Positions 1 through 10,896 are shown, counted from the stretch's first letter. The stretch is DNA of 64,000 bases from Bdellovibrionales bacterium (GCA_965261545.1 CBDHDF010000002.1:32001-96000); one strand, 5' to 3'. Notes: a model not told the origin generated them from the letters alone. Made by a program: numbers and translations.

Positions 1-28
1 TAAGAGTTCTCATAATTTTAAAGAGGCC

Positions 29-901
29 ATGCCTCAGAAAGTCGTTTTCAATGGGTATAAGAACGCCAATGTGATTCGACAAATTGAAGAAAAGAGCTTG
101 GACTTTGGAATGTTGACTCTCAGTGAATATTTTCCTAATGTAGAAAAAATTGAATCCTCCAAGGATTTTGATATTGTGAGCAATAAGACAGATGGTGTCG
201 TTCATATTGTTCTCAATGCCGCATCAGGGCCATTTGAAAATATTGAGAATCGTCAATGGATCCAGAAAAAAATGATGGAAACCTACAAAATTGATGAAAA
301 AGACTCTTCTGTTTTAACCAAAGCTCTTCAGTTTTTTCTCCCAAACTCCAAGGGTCATAAAGATGGTGCTGACGTTCTAAGCATTCTCAAAGACATTAAT
401 ACTTCAAATATTCCTGAAGAATTAAAAAAAGGAATCACCATAAAAACTCTAGAAGGAATGAAGTATTTTTTACCGGATAATATGGAAATAAAATTATCTC
501 AAACCTTAGGCATTCCAGTAAATTTGGAAATCAATATTCCAAAAAAAGAGTATTTTCAATCCATTGACAAAGAAAGAACTTTTGATGCCACTATTATGGC
601 TATCTCCATGGACTATAAAGTTCTCAATGAGGCTCTCAATCTTCAATATTTATCTGAAAATAGTCCCCTTATCGATCCCACAGGGAAAATAAAAGAACTT
701 CTTAAGTCCTATCAAGGTGAAGATGATCTTGAGAAAGAAAGTGAAATCATTAATAAGATATTGAATCAAATGATTTACGATTCAGAATCAATTCCCATTT
801 TTTATTTTGCATCCCCATTTCTTATAAAAAAAGATACCATTCAAAGCTCAAGTGTGAATTTTCATGAACCCATTAAATTTCACAAAATGGTGATGAAATG
901 A
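29..901 (+). CDS. ABC transporter substrate-binding protein (family 5-like), probably 5'-truncated by the window edge
   Basis: C-terminal SBP-like pattern (LNAASGPFENIENRQWI ... IPIFY); overlaps the next gene by 4 nt (ATGA). Confidence 0.55.
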   Translation: MPQKVVFNGYKNANVIRQIEEKSLDFGMLTLSEYFPNVEKIESSKDFDIVSNKTDGVVHIVLNAASGPFENIENRQWIQKKMMETYKIDEKDSSVLTKALQFFLPNSKGHKDGADVLSILKDINTSNIPEELKKGITIKTLEGMKYFLPDNMEIKLSQTLGIPVNLEINIPKKEYFQSIDKERTFDATIMAISMDYKVLNEALNLQYLSENSPLIDPTGKIKELLKSYQGEDDLEKESEIINKILNQMIYDSESIPIFYFASPFLIKKDTIQSSSVNFHEPIKFHKMVMK

Positions 902-1908
902 AGCACGCTCAATCCTTAAATATTTTAAAGAATGTAATAAATTATTTTCAATCACTACCAGATCATCAATTAAAAGTGAAGGATATTAGTTCCGAGCATT
1001 TTACTCTTCCTTGCATGTTCTCTGTATCTGTTAACCACCGAGGAAATCAAATGCAAGGGTTCGGTCAATCTGAATCTAAAGATAAGGCTATTTTTATTGC
1101 TTTTATGGAAATTATTGAAAGAATCCTAATACCAAAGCCTAAAGACTTGACCTACTCACAGAAATATCTTTTTTTCTCTATCAGAAAAAATTATGAGGAT
1201 CTTTTAAAGTCATTTCCTAGATCGAGAAATTGGGTTGAAGGCTCTTCCAATGGTTTTGCCATTCATTCGAGTAGAAAAATGGCTCAAAAATCAGCTCTTG
1301 ACGAACTTATTGAGCGGCATGTTGTACTTAAAGCTCTTGTTTCTCAGTTTTCTCCGGCCAAGGTGTTAGCACCTAAAATACTTACCCATGGGAGCTATGT
1401 GATTCCCTCCGAGATGACCTATGAGTTTTATGCTTGGTTAGGACCTTTGGGCAGACATGTGGTTCTTTTTAAATGCCAGATGAATTCAAAGGTGATCTAT
1501 GGGTTTGGATGTGAGAAGAGTCTAGAAAGAGCCAAGGAGAAGGCTTTTTTTGAAGCTAGCTCTAGGATTATCGCACTCCACCGATCTCAGAATCCTTCCT
1601 TTGTAGTTCTCAATACGAGTAAAAATTTCCTTTATCATTGGTATGAGGAGACTGCCTGGACAGGAGGGTTTCTTAAAAAAGCCTCCCATGACATGCCATC
1701 TATAGATCACCACCTTTCATACAGTGATTTTTGGTTTGGTGAGCCTCCAAAAAATGAACTTCTCCACCAACTGGGCCTCCATGTTGTCAAGGCTGTTTCC
1801 CCAAAGATTCAGCCACTTTTTTCAGGGCACTGGAAGGCCAAATATATGAACCCCGAAGCTCTAGGGAATGACTACAGCTTTCCAGAAGACATGCATATGA
1901 TTGGGTAA
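898..1908 (+). CDS. YcaO-like family protein
   Basis: YcaO ATP-binding-type motifs GFGQS...MEIIER, SSNGFAIH and ELIERH; translationally coupled to the upstream gene. Confidence 0.7.
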   Translation: MKHAQSLNILKNVINYFQSLPDHQLKVKDISSEHFTLPCMFSVSVNHRGNQMQGFGQSESKDKAIFIAFMEIIERILIPKPKDLTYSQKYLFFSIRKNYEDLLKSFPRSRNWVEGSSNGFAIHSSRKMAQKSALDELIERHVVLKALVSQFSPAKVLAPKILTHGSYVIPSEMTYEFYAWLGPLGRHVVLFKCQMNSKVIYGFGCEKSLERAKEKAFFEASSRIIALHRSQNPSFVVLNTSKNFLYHWYEETAWTGGFLKKASHDMPSIDHHLSYSDFWFGEPPKNELLHQLGLHVVKAVSPKIQPLFSGHWKAKYMNPEALGNDYSFPEDMHMIG

Positions 1909-1914
1909 ATTGAT

Positions 1915-3648
1915 ATGAAAAATCGATCCATACGAATCTCTATTTTATTGGCAGCCACCATGAGTCTTTTGGCTCTTGCCACTGTGATGCTGATATTCTT
2001 ATCAAAGCACGAGGTGGAAAGAATTCAAGCCAATACTCAATCCCTGGTGCGTGAGCAAATAGAACTCACAGTTAAGAAATTAGATATCTATAGAGTGGTC
2101 AATCAAATATCATATATTCTCAATATCACTTTCAATCTGGATCGTGTGAATGGAGTCAATATCTTTGATTCCAAATGCAACTTAGTGGATAAGCAACCTG
2201 TTAATTTTAAAATCCCATGGGACTGTAAGAGCCCTCACCCTGATTCTATGGTTCTTTATAAATCTCAAACCTCGATTTCTGACTCTTCAGGAGCCCCCAA
2301 ATATATATTGGCTCGCCTCAAAGATGAGCCCCATATTCTCTTGAATCACCATAGCTTGAAGGTTCTCGTCATATCATTAGTTTTGATTCTTATCACCTTA
2401 CTTTGCTTGAACTTTTTAATGAAAAAACATATTTTAAGGCCCATTGACGAGTTGATAAGAATCATTAGAAAACCTGGCGCTCTTGAGAGGAATAGTCAGA
2501 AACAACAAAAGCTTCCCTTGGAACTAAGAGAAATTTATAATGATGTTTTGTCTCGTGACGAAATCATCCAGCAGAATAAAATTGAACTACTCAAAAGAAA
2601 TGAAATGGAAACACGAAGCCATTTAAGTGAGCAAGTCGCCCATGATATCAGGTCACCCATTATGATTCTTAGAGACTACCACTTAAATCACTTAAATTTA
2701 CATAGAAACGAGGATACAAAAGAAAGCGTATACCTCAATGCCATTAACGATCTGGACCTCCTCACCAAGCAATTGATTGAAGACTCTAGTGAGTATGCAA
2801 AAAATGTCAATCTCGTGGGCTTAATGGATGCCCTCGTCGACATGAAAGAAGTTGAATTTCAACAAGGGCCTAAATCTAAGATATTGTTGAATCCTCAGTC
2901 TAAGAATTTGAAGATTAAAACCAATCCCACAAAATTAAAATTTGTTCTCTCCAATATTATTAATAATGCCAGGGAGGCTTCTAAGAAGGATGACCCTTGT
3001 GAGATTCAAATCAAGTTGACAAGAAAGGGGTCTAATGCCTTCATTGAGATTGAAGATAACGGGAAAGGTATCAAAGAATCAGACATTAAGAGAGTCTTTT
3101 CCCGAGGGGTGAGTATAGACAAGCCTGGAGGCAACGGCTGGGGACTCAGTGATGCCAAAAAATTTATTGAGAGCCAAGATGGGACTATCGAGATAGAGTC
3201 AAAACTCAACAAGGGAACCACTGTCAAAATAAATCTCCCCATACTTCTCTCGAACTTTCAATCTCGTGGGAAAGCCCCCTTTGACCATGTTTTGGTGGAA
3301 GACTACAAGCTCAGCCAACTTCTATGGCTTGAAAAGGCTGATAGCAAAAAACTCAACTTCGCAGCCTTCTCTTCCCCCTCAGAGTTTTTAGAAAATATGG
3401 AATTGGTGAGTCCCAATGCCACCTTGTATATCGACTCTCACTTTCCCGATTTTCCCATGCGTGGCGAAGAATGGGCCAGAGAACTTTACAGTAAGTATGG
3501 ATTCAAAAAAATATATATGTGCTCCACATCCCCCATCGACATCACCGACATGCCATGGATCAAAGCGTGCATTGCCAAGCATAAGCCATTTGATCGTCAA
3601 TTAAAAGAAATGATAAATTGCAACACATCACAGTGTATTAAAATTTAA
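1915..3648 (+). CDS. Membrane sensor histidine kinase with C-terminal degenerate receiver-like domain
   Basis: Two TM segments; H-box QVAHDIRSP, N-box NIINNA, G1 DNGKGI, G2 GNGWGL; C-terminal VLVED...YIDSHF receiver-like segment. Confidence 0.9.
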   Translation: MKNRSIRISILLAATMSLLALATVMLIFLSKHEVERIQANTQSLVREQIELTVKKLDIYRVVNQISYILNITFNLDRVNGVNIFDSKCNLVDKQPVNFKIPWDCKSPHPDSMVLYKSQTSISDSSGAPKYILARLKDEPHILLNHHSLKVLVISLVLILITLLCLNFLMKKHILRPIDELIRIIRKPGALERNSQKQQKLPLELREIYNDVLSRDEIIQQNKIELLKRNEMETRSHLSEQVAHDIRSPIMILRDYHLNHLNLHRNEDTKESVYLNAINDLDLLTKQLIEDSSEYAKNVNLVGLMDALVDMKEVEFQQGPKSKILLNPQSKNLKIKTNPTKLKFVLSNIINNAREASKKDDPCEIQIKLTRKGSNAFIEIEDNGKGIKESDIKRVFSRGVSIDKPGGNGWGLSDAKKFIESQDGTIEIESKLNKGTTVKINLPILLSNFQSRGKAPFDHVLVEDYKLSQLLWLEKADSKKLNFAAFSSPSEFLENMELVSPNATLYIDSHFPDFPMRGEEWARELYSKYGFKKIYMCSTSPIDITDMPWIKACIAKHKPFDRQLKEMINCNTSQCIKI

Positions 3649-3773
3649 GGATCGTAAATGATACTTTATACCATTGCATATAATTTTCTATGAACTTAAA
3701 GAAGATTGAATAATTAAAAATATAATTGACATTTGATATATAAATGAATATGATAATACAGCGTAGCTAAGGA

Positions 3774-6700
3774 TTGGTATTTAAGATGAAAAAATATGGA
3801 TTATTATTGATATGTATTATTTTTTGTATTTCAAATAGTAATATAAAAGAGAAATATAAAAATAAATTAGAGTTGAAAGGATATTTTTCACAGAAGAAAG
3901 TCTTAGAAACAATTTCCTTAATGGTTGATATTGATGGTGGAATTACTCCAGAAAGCAAATTGATTCATACTTTAGCACCTCATAATAATAAAATAATTGT
4001 ATATTCCGATGGGTCTAATATTTCAAAAATATCTACATGCCGTGACAGAGATACGAGCTTAGATAATATATTTTTTCATAGTTATTCAGGTGGAAATATT
4101 TCAGATGGAACTAACATATATATGTATTTCGATACAAAATATAAAAAATGGATTAAAGGTCTTGAAACTGCTCATTATGAAGGAGGAAGGCATCAACCTT
4201 GGTTGTCTAAAAATAATTTTTGTACATGGAAATCATATAAATCTAACATAGAAACCATATCCTATTTATTAAGAAATCTTTCGATTAGAAAAGAAGGGAA
4301 TGATAAAATACGTAAAAAAAATGGTATTTGGAAATATAGGTTGCTTCCGTCAAGAAAAACAAGATTTATTATTAATAAATTATATAAATTTACACCACTC
4401 TTTTTGAAAATAGAGAAAATATCTTCTTCAAAATGGACAGCATTAATCATAAAAAAAATATCTTCTTGTTATAGTGAAAATTGTGATGACTATGATAAGT
4501 TGGGAGTAGTTGTTGTACATGATAATGATAAAGACATTTGGTATTCTATCTCTGATTTCTTATATTATCCATCTAATTTAAAGATAAATAAAAATAGTGT
4601 TTATGCGACATTCTGTAGGAATATATTTCGTATGAGTAGAAAAAATCCATGTTTATATTCAAATTTTAGAATAAATTTATTGAATTTTAAATATATTGAT
4701 ATTGAGAAATACGTAGTTGGAAGCAGCATCATCCATGATTTAGTTTTATATGGGGATAAAGAAGCACTTATATTATTTCTTAATAATAAGAAAAATATAG
4801 ACATAAATATTAAAAATATTTCTGGAATCACTCCTCTTCATTATGCTATAAAGGATGAGAATATAGAGATAATTGATCTTCTGATTAAACATGGAGCGAA
4901 TGTAGATGAATATGGATGGTTCTATTTGCATAACATTAGTTATAACGGCTATCTTGAAATAGCTTCAATATTGATAAATAGTGGGGCTAAAATTAACGTG
5001 AAAGATCCGGGTGGCAAAACACCTTTGCATTTAGCAATTTTCGGTGGCCATTTGAGAATGGTATCTCTATTACTGAAGCATGAGGCAAAGGTTAATGAAG
5101 CGGATAAGGACGGCAAAACACCTTTGCATTTAGCAATTTCCGGTGGCCATTTGAGAATGGTATCTCTATTACTGAAGCATGAGGCAAAGGTTAATGAAGC
5201 GGATAAGGACGGCAAAACACCTTTACATTTAGCAAGTTCTGGTGGTCACTTGAAAATGGTATCTCCATTACTGAAGCATGAGGCAAAGGTTAATGAAGCG
5301 GATAAGGACGGCAAAACACCTTTACATTTAGCAAGTTCTGGTGGTCACTTGAAAATGGTATCTCTATTACTGAAGCATGAGGCAAAGGTTAATGAAGCGG
5401 ATAAGGACGGCAAAACACCTTTACATTTAGCAAGTTCTGGTGGTCACTTGAAAATGGTATCTCTATTACTGAAGCATGAGGCAAAAGTTAATGAAGCGGA
5501 TAAGGACGGCAAAACACCTTTACATTTAGCAAGTTCTGGTGGTCACTTGAAAATGGTATCTCTATTACTGAAGCATGAGGCAAAAGTTAATGAAGCGGAT
5601 AAGGACGGCAAAACACCTTTACATTTAGCAAGTTCTGGTGGTCACTTGAAAATGGTATCTCTATTATTGAAGCATGAGGCAGAAGTTAATGAAACAGATA
5701 AAGATGGACAAACATCTTTATATTTAGCAAGTTCCAATGGTCACCTCGGAGTAACTTTATTATTGATGAATCATGGAGCGAAAGCTAATGCCAAAAATAA
5801 GGATGGTCAAACATCTTTATATTTAGCAAGTTCCAATGGTCACCTCGGAGTAACTTTATTATTGATGAATCATGGAGCGAAAGCTAATGCCAAAAATAAG
5901 GATGGTCAAACACCCCTACATTTAGCAAGTTCTAATGGTCATTTAGAGATAGTTGCACTATTATTGAAATATGGATCGAAAGTTAATATAAAAAATAGAA
6001 ATGGGCAAACATCCTTACATTTAGCAAGTTCTGGTGGTCATCTAGAGGTAGTTTCATTATTATTGAAGTATGGATCGAAGGTTAATACAAAAGATAGAGA
6101 CGGAGAAGAGCCTCTGCATTTAGCAATTTCTAATGACCACTTAAAGATTGCGTCCCTACTAATGAAGGATGGAGATAAATCTTTTATCTTAAAAAATAAT
6201 ATAAAAAAAGAAAATGGAAATAAACTTCTAGGATATTTTTCTCAAAAAAAATTCTTAGAGAAGATTATCTTAATAAATGATAATGATAATGATAGTGGAG
6301 CTTTTGCTCCAAGTAAATTATTTCATATTAAAAAATCTTTTTATAAGAAAAAAATAATTGTATACTCCGATGGATCTAATATTTCAGAAATGTCTACATG
6401 TCGTGATAGAGAGACAGGTTTGGACAACATACTATTTCATAGTCATGCAGGCGGCAATATTTCAGATGGAACCAATATAGCTATGTATTTTGATATAAAA
6501 AATGAAAAATGGATTAAAGGTCTTGAAACTTATTATAATTATGGAGAGAACCATCCTCCATGGTTGTATAAAAAAGGTTTATGCACATGGAGATTGCATA
6601 AATCAAATTTAGAAAATCTTTCACAAATATTGAAGAACTTAGAAATAGGGGGAGGTAGTTCTAAAGAAATATCAATACCAGACGGGTCATGGAAATTTAA

Positions 6701-7757
6701 AATATTACAAACTAAAGGTTCAAAATATTTTGTTGACGAAATATATAAATTTCCATCTTTCTTAGTAAGTATAGAAAGAAATTCTTCTATGCGATGGGAT
6801 TTGTTCGTCATAAATAAATTTATTTCTTGTCTCAATGAGGATTGCAAAGATAAAGATTATGATGGAAATGGCATCATAATAATTTATGATAATAAAGAAA
6901 ATATTTGGTATTCTATTCTTGACTTTTTATATTATCCATCTAATATAAAAATAAATAAAAACATTGTTTATGTTACACTTTGTAAGAATATTTTTGAGTA
7001 CAGGAACTCATGTTTGTATTCAAATTTTAGAATAAACTTATTAAACTTTAAATATATTGATATTGGAAAATATGTAGTGGGCAACAGTATTATCCATGAT
7101 TTAGTTTTAAATGGAGATAAAGAAAGACTTACATCATATTTAGGTGAAAAGAAAAATAGAAAGATAAACATAAATATTAAAAATATTTCTGGAAGCACCC
7201 CTCTTCACTATGCTGTCAAAGATAAAAATATAGAAATAGTTAACTTCTTGATTAAACATGGGGCTAATGTGAATATATTAGACGAACATGGATGGTCTCC
7301 TTTACATAATGCTAGCTATAATGGTTATTTGGAAATATCTTCAATGTTGATAAGTAGTGGATCAAAAATTAATTTAATGAATGATATATCAAAAAATAAT
7401 AAACGTATTTATAAATCTCAAGAAGAGTCTTCATCGAATTTCAAAAATAATAAAAATACTTGGCAGACAACTCCCCTACATTTAGCAATATCTCGTGATC
7501 ATATGGATGTGGTATCAGTGCTATTAAAAAAGGGAGCAAAAGTTAATATAAAAGACAAGGACGGGCAAGCACCTTTGCATTTGGCAAGCTCTCATGGTTA
7601 TTTAAAAATGGTATCATTATTACTAGAACATGGAGCAAAAATTAATATAAAAGATAAGAACAAACAAACTCCCTTAGATCTAGCAAGATTGGGTGGACAC
7701 CTAGAAGTAGAATCATTCTTATTCTTATTGAAGCGTGAATCAGAGGCGATGAAATAG
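3774..7757 (+). CDS. Large ankyrin-repeat protein with N-terminal hydrophobic segment and two copies of an unassigned ~290-aa domain
   Basis: Many GxTPLHLA repeats; the block GYFSQKK...SDGSNIS...GGNISDGTNI...YSNFRINLLNFKYIDI occurs twice. Confidence 0.9.
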   Translation: MVFKMKKYGLLLICIIFCISNSNIKEKYKNKLELKGYFSQKKVLETISLMVDIDGGITPESKLIHTLAPHNNKIIVYSDGSNISKISTCRDRDTSLDNIFFHSYSGGNISDGTNIYMYFDTKYKKWIKGLETAHYEGGRHQPWLSKNNFCTWKSYKSNIETISYLLRNLSIRKEGNDKIRKKNGIWKYRLLPSRKTRFIINKLYKFTPLFLKIEKISSSKWTALIIKKISSCYSENCDDYDKLGVVVVHDNDKDIWYSISDFLYYPSNLKINKNSVYATFCRNIFRMSRKNPCLYSNFRINLLNFKYIDIEKYVVGSSIIHDLVLYGDKEALILFLNNKKNIDINIKNISGITPLHYAIKDENIEIIDLLIKHGANVDEYGWFYLHNISYNGYLEIASILINSGAKINVKDPGGKTPLHLAIFGGHLRMVSLLLKHEAKVNEADKDGKTPLHLAISGGHLRMVSLLLKHEAKVNEADKDGKTPLHLASSGGHLKMVSPLLKHEAKVNEADKDGKTPLHLASSGGHLKMVSLLLKHEAKVNEADKDGKTPLHLASSGGHLKMVSLLLKHEAKVNEADKDGKTPLHLASSGGHLKMVSLLLKHEAKVNEADKDGKTPLHLASSGGHLKMVSLLLKHEAEVNETDKDGQTSLYLASSNGHLGVTLLLMNHGAKANAKNKDGQTSLYLASSNGHLGVTLLLMNHGAKANAKNKDGQTPLHLASSNGHLEIVALLLKYGSKVNIKNRNGQTSLHLASSGGHLEVVSLLLKYGSKVNTKDRDGEEPLHLAISNDHLKIASLLMKDGDKSFILKNNIKKENGNKLLGYFSQKKFLEKIILINDNDNDSGAFAPSKLFHIKKSFYKKKIIVYSDGSNISEMSTCRDRETGLDNILFHSHAGGNISDGTNIAMYFDIKNEKWIKGLETYYNYGENHPPWLYKKGLCTWRLHKSNLENLSQILKNLEIGGGSSKEISIPDGSWKFKILQTKGSKYFVDEIYKFPSFLVSIERNSSMRWDLFVINKFISCLNEDCKDKDYDGNGIIIIYDNKENIWYSILDFLYYPSNIKINKNIVYVTLCKNIFEYRNSCLYSNFRINLLNFKYIDIGKYVVGNSIIHDLVLNGDKERLTSYLGEKKNRKININIKNISGSTPLHYAVKDKNIEIVNFLIKHGANVNILDEHGWSPLHNASYNGYLEISSMLISSGSKINLMNDISKNNKRIYKSQEESSSNFKNNKNTWQTTPLHLAISRDHMDVVSVLLKKGAKVNIKDKDGQAPLHLASSHGYLKMVSLLLEHGAKINIKDKNKQTPLDLARLGGHLEVESFLFLLKRESEAMK
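5013..5903 (+). repeat. 99-bp in-frame tandem repeats (7 near-identical units, then 2 of a second type), each one ankyrin repeat
   Basis: ggcaaaacacc recurs at 5013, 5112, 5211, 5310, 5409, 5508 and 5607; two GQTSLYLASSNGH units follow from 5706. Confidence 0.95.
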
Positions 7758-7847
7758 AAAGAATAAATGGGACTGTAAACTATTTTGTAATAAAAAATAG
7801 AATTTATTCGTTTATTTAATAAGGCTCCTTTAATAAATCTGATTACG

Positions 7848-8846
7848 ATGAAAATGGAGATGAATATGATTAATGTAGTTGCAGATTATTTATTTAATGG
7901 AGAAGAAATTCCAGCACTTATCTTTATAGTTGCTTGTTTATTTATGTTCGTTGCATTTTTTCTCGGATATTTTTTTAGACAACCGGATCATGCTAGATCA
8001 ACGATTATGACTTTAGGTATATTAGGTACTTTTGGTGGAATTTCCTTTGGACTCATGGGATTTAATTCAGATGATATTGAAGGAAGTATTCCAAGTCTTC
8101 TCAATGGGTTACAAACAGCTTTCTATTCCTCAATATTTGGAATGTTCCTGACTACCTTGATAAATATGATTTCATTTTTCCAAGAAAAATATATATCAAC
8201 TATAGGGGAAGTTTCTGATGAGGCATCTGATGTTATCATAAAGGCTTTGGAGAAAACTATGGAAGATTTTAATAAGAATTTAAAAGAACATTTTGGAGAA
8301 AATTTTAGTAGCCTTAATGATGCATGTTCAAAATTAATTCAATGGCAAGAAAATTATAAAGAACAAATTAAAAATGGCAATGATCAGTTAAATGAAATAT
8401 ATAAGGATTTGGTAAAAATGAGAGAATCATACTCCCTTATAGAAGAAGGAAATAAAAATACAATTGAAGTTCATAAAAAAATTAACAATTTAATTGAAAA
8501 ATATGAAAATACTATCAATGAATTATATCAAGGCTTTGGTGGATTTAATGAAATTGCAGAAAGAGGAGCGAAGATTCTCAATGTGATCAAGAAAGATTCT
8601 GAGGATGTTAAGAAAGAAATTAGTGGATTTAGTAATGAAATTCAGGGTAGTTTGCGTGGTCAGTCTCAAGCCTTAGAGGAGTTGACAAAAAATATTAAAG
8701 ACAACCTACCCGGTTCACTTGATAGCTTGAATCAAGCTTTAACAGATCAAGTAAAGCAATTCATAGCTGCATATAAAGAATATTTAAAGAATATACCTAA
8801 GGATGTCTTTAGAGACGATGAGGTTATAAAAAAGAAATCAGAATGA
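7848..8846 (+). CDS. zorA: Zorya protein ZorA (MotA/ExbB-like), short-tailed
   Basis: Three TM helices with TLGILGTFGGI and GLQTAFYSSIFG motifs, then a coiled-coil tail; upstream of a MotB-like gene and an HNH gene. Confidence 0.8.
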   Translation: MKMEMNMINVVADYLFNGEEIPALIFIVACLFMFVAFFLGYFFRQPDHARSTIMTLGILGTFGGISFGLMGFNSDDIEGSIPSLLNGLQTAFYSSIFGMFLTTLINMISFFQEKYISTIGEVSDEASDVIIKALEKTMEDFNKNLKEHFGENFSSLNDACSKLIQWQENYKEQIKNGNDQLNEIYKDLVKMRESYSLIEEGNKNTIEVHKKINNLIEKYENTINELYQGFGGFNEIAERGAKILNVIKKDSEDVKKEISGFSNEIQGSLRGQSQALEELTKNIKDNLPGSLDSLNQALTDQVKQFIAAYKEYLKNIPKDVFRDDEVIKKKSE

Positions 8847-8939
8847 AATCATATAATATTTTATTTTTACTTTAATAAATGCTAAACTATTTTAATTTAT
8901 TTCTAAATATTCAATGATATTGAATATGGAGTATTATTT

Positions 8940-9611
8940 GTGAAAATTAATAATAGTGAATGGATCAGTATCTCTGACCTTATGTCTGGATTAATGATGA
9001 TCTTTTTATTTGTGGCGATAGCTCTTCTTATACCTGAAAAGAATGAGAATAAGTATATTAAAGAAGCAATAGATAAATCTAAACATGATGTGAATAAACT
9101 AAACAGTGCTTTGGATTCAATCTTCAAAGAAGATTTTAGCAAATGGGGAGCCGTTCGTTTAAGAGATGGAACTGTCAGATTTCAAGAGCCTAAGATCATG
9201 TTTTCTCCAGGAAGTCACACTATATCTTATCGATTTAAGAAAATATTGAATGTTTTTTGTCCTCGCTATGTAAGGTTATTAAAAAATAATTTTAGAGATG
9301 AAATCCATGAAATAAGAGTTGTTGGACATTCATCAAGTGAATGGAAAACAAACAATCTTATGATAAGAAGTCTTAAAAACATTAAACTCTCTTCTGATAG
9401 GTCTTTGGATGTTTACTCTTTTTGCTATAAATCTATGAAGTCAAATCGTAAATGGTTTACAGAGAAGACGATATCAGTTGGTGCAGGATTTGTTCATAGA
9501 ATAAAAAATAATAGAAAAGAAATACGATGGATGTCTAGAAGAGTGGAATTCAGAGTTCAAATGAAGAGCGTTTCAAATTTAGAAGAATTATTGAGAGGAA
9601 AAAATTGGTAA
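8940..9611 (+). CDS. zorB: Zorya protein ZorB (MotB/OmpA-like)
   Basis: WISISDLMSGLMMIFLF TM motif with conserved Asp; OmpA-like VVGHSS...LSSDRS...SRRVEFRV. Confidence 0.88.
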   Translation: MKINNSEWISISDLMSGLMMIFLFVAIALLIPEKNENKYIKEAIDKSKHDVNKLNSALDSIFKEDFSKWGAVRLRDGTVRFQEPKIMFSPGSHTISYRFKKILNVFCPRYVRLLKNNFRDEIHEIRVVGHSSSEWKTNNLMIRSLKNIKLSSDRSLDVYSFCYKSMKSNRKWFTEKTISVGAGFVHRIKNNRKEIRWMSRRVEFRVQMKSVSNLEELLRGKNW

Positions 9612-10519
9612 ACTTCACTAAATTTTATGCATTTAAAGAAATAAATAAAGAATTAACATCTATACTTGGTATTAAAAATAAGAAGGATGATTTTGAGATT
9701 TCTGAAATAGAAATAAATGAAGAGAATAAAGGGGACTTTATTTATTCTCCAAATGGAAAATTTATTTATAAAGAAATTCGACCAGGTGTAGTGGCTCGAA
9801 TGATTCTTTATATGTGTGATACGGATATTCAATGGATTAAGAGAAATTGTAAAGAAGATGAGTTTAAGCGCATTCAAAAAATATTTGAGAAACTTAACCA
9901 TGTATCACTTCCGTCTGATGAGTGTGATAATTCTCTTAATAGAGAATATATCTGCGAACATTTGCATAGATACCATTTCACCTATTGTCAAACATTGGAA
10001 AAACTCTTTAATGAGGGATTAAAGCATCGGTACTATGCTTCATGTCGGTGGGATGGAACTTTTTCTTATTCATTTATAGGTAAAAATATTCATTTATATA
10101 AAAATAAAAAACAAATACTATATCCTTGTCAACATTGTTTGAGGAATATAGACTTAGATGTAGATGTTGGAGTTAAATTGTGTAAAGAAATAATAGATCA
10201 AGTACTTAATCATGTCCCCAATAGTCAATTTCAATCAGAACATAGTATTAAATCAGAATTTGAACATATTCCTAATATTTACCCAGAAGATTGGAACGAA
10301 ATATCAAAAAGGTTAAAAGAGCGTAGAAATTATATATGCGAAGAATGCGAAAGAGATTGTTCCAATACAGGAGATGAATTGCATTGCCACCATATTAATA
10401 GACTTAAACATGATAATAGTTCATTCAATTTAAAGGTTCTTTGTAGAGAGTGCCATCAAAAAGAGCATCCTCATATGAGACAGTATACAAAGAATAATTA
10501 CATTGGGGCGAAGAGCTAA
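9605..10519 (+). CDS. zorE: HNH endonuclease, Zorya type II effector ZorE-like
   Basis: C-terminal CEEC...LHCHHINRLKHDN...NLKVLCRECH HNH motif; overlaps zorB. Confidence 0.75.
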   Translation: MVNFTKFYAFKEINKELTSILGIKNKKDDFEISEIEINEENKGDFIYSPNGKFIYKEIRPGVVARMILYMCDTDIQWIKRNCKEDEFKRIQKIFEKLNHVSLPSDECDNSLNREYICEHLHRYHFTYCQTLEKLFNEGLKHRYYASCRWDGTFSYSFIGKNIHLYKNKKQILYPCQHCLRNIDLDVDVGVKLCKEIIDQVLNHVPNSQFQSEHSIKSEFEHIPNIYPEDWNEISKRLKERRNYICEECERDCSNTGDELHCHHINRLKHDNSSFNLKVLCRECHQKEHPHMRQYTKNNYIGAKS

Positions 10520-10896
10520 AATGAATCTAGGAATTGGCCCTGATGATCGGTTGAAAGCTACCATCAGTAGCTTTTCTAGACTCCTCATCGAAAAATCCAG
10601 GTTTTAGGATTCCATCAGTGCCCCAACTTGAGCCTCGGCAGTGCCCCTCCATCAAATTTTACATCCAGTCAGAGTTCACGAATTGTATAACATTGCCCGC
10701 ACTGATTGGCATGACCGATTCTTCTCAGCATAGCGTCATTGATGTTCTGTAAAGACCTCCAATCTTTAGAGTTCAGGGCTGAGGTGACAGATATGACAAA
10801 CACGACACAGGAGGTAAATGGAGTATATATGACACATGGTTGAAATATGAATGGCCCATTGACTCATTATCTTCCCAAAGGAGGTCATTATTTTTC

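Noticed and set aside
5013..5705. Regular repeats as a possible CRISPR array
   Set aside because: Units are contiguous 99-bp in-frame ankyrin repeats with no unique spacers, and no cas genes are present
10520..10800. Possible gene remnant between zorE and the recombinase module
   Set aside because: The frames I read contain stops and no recognisable motif
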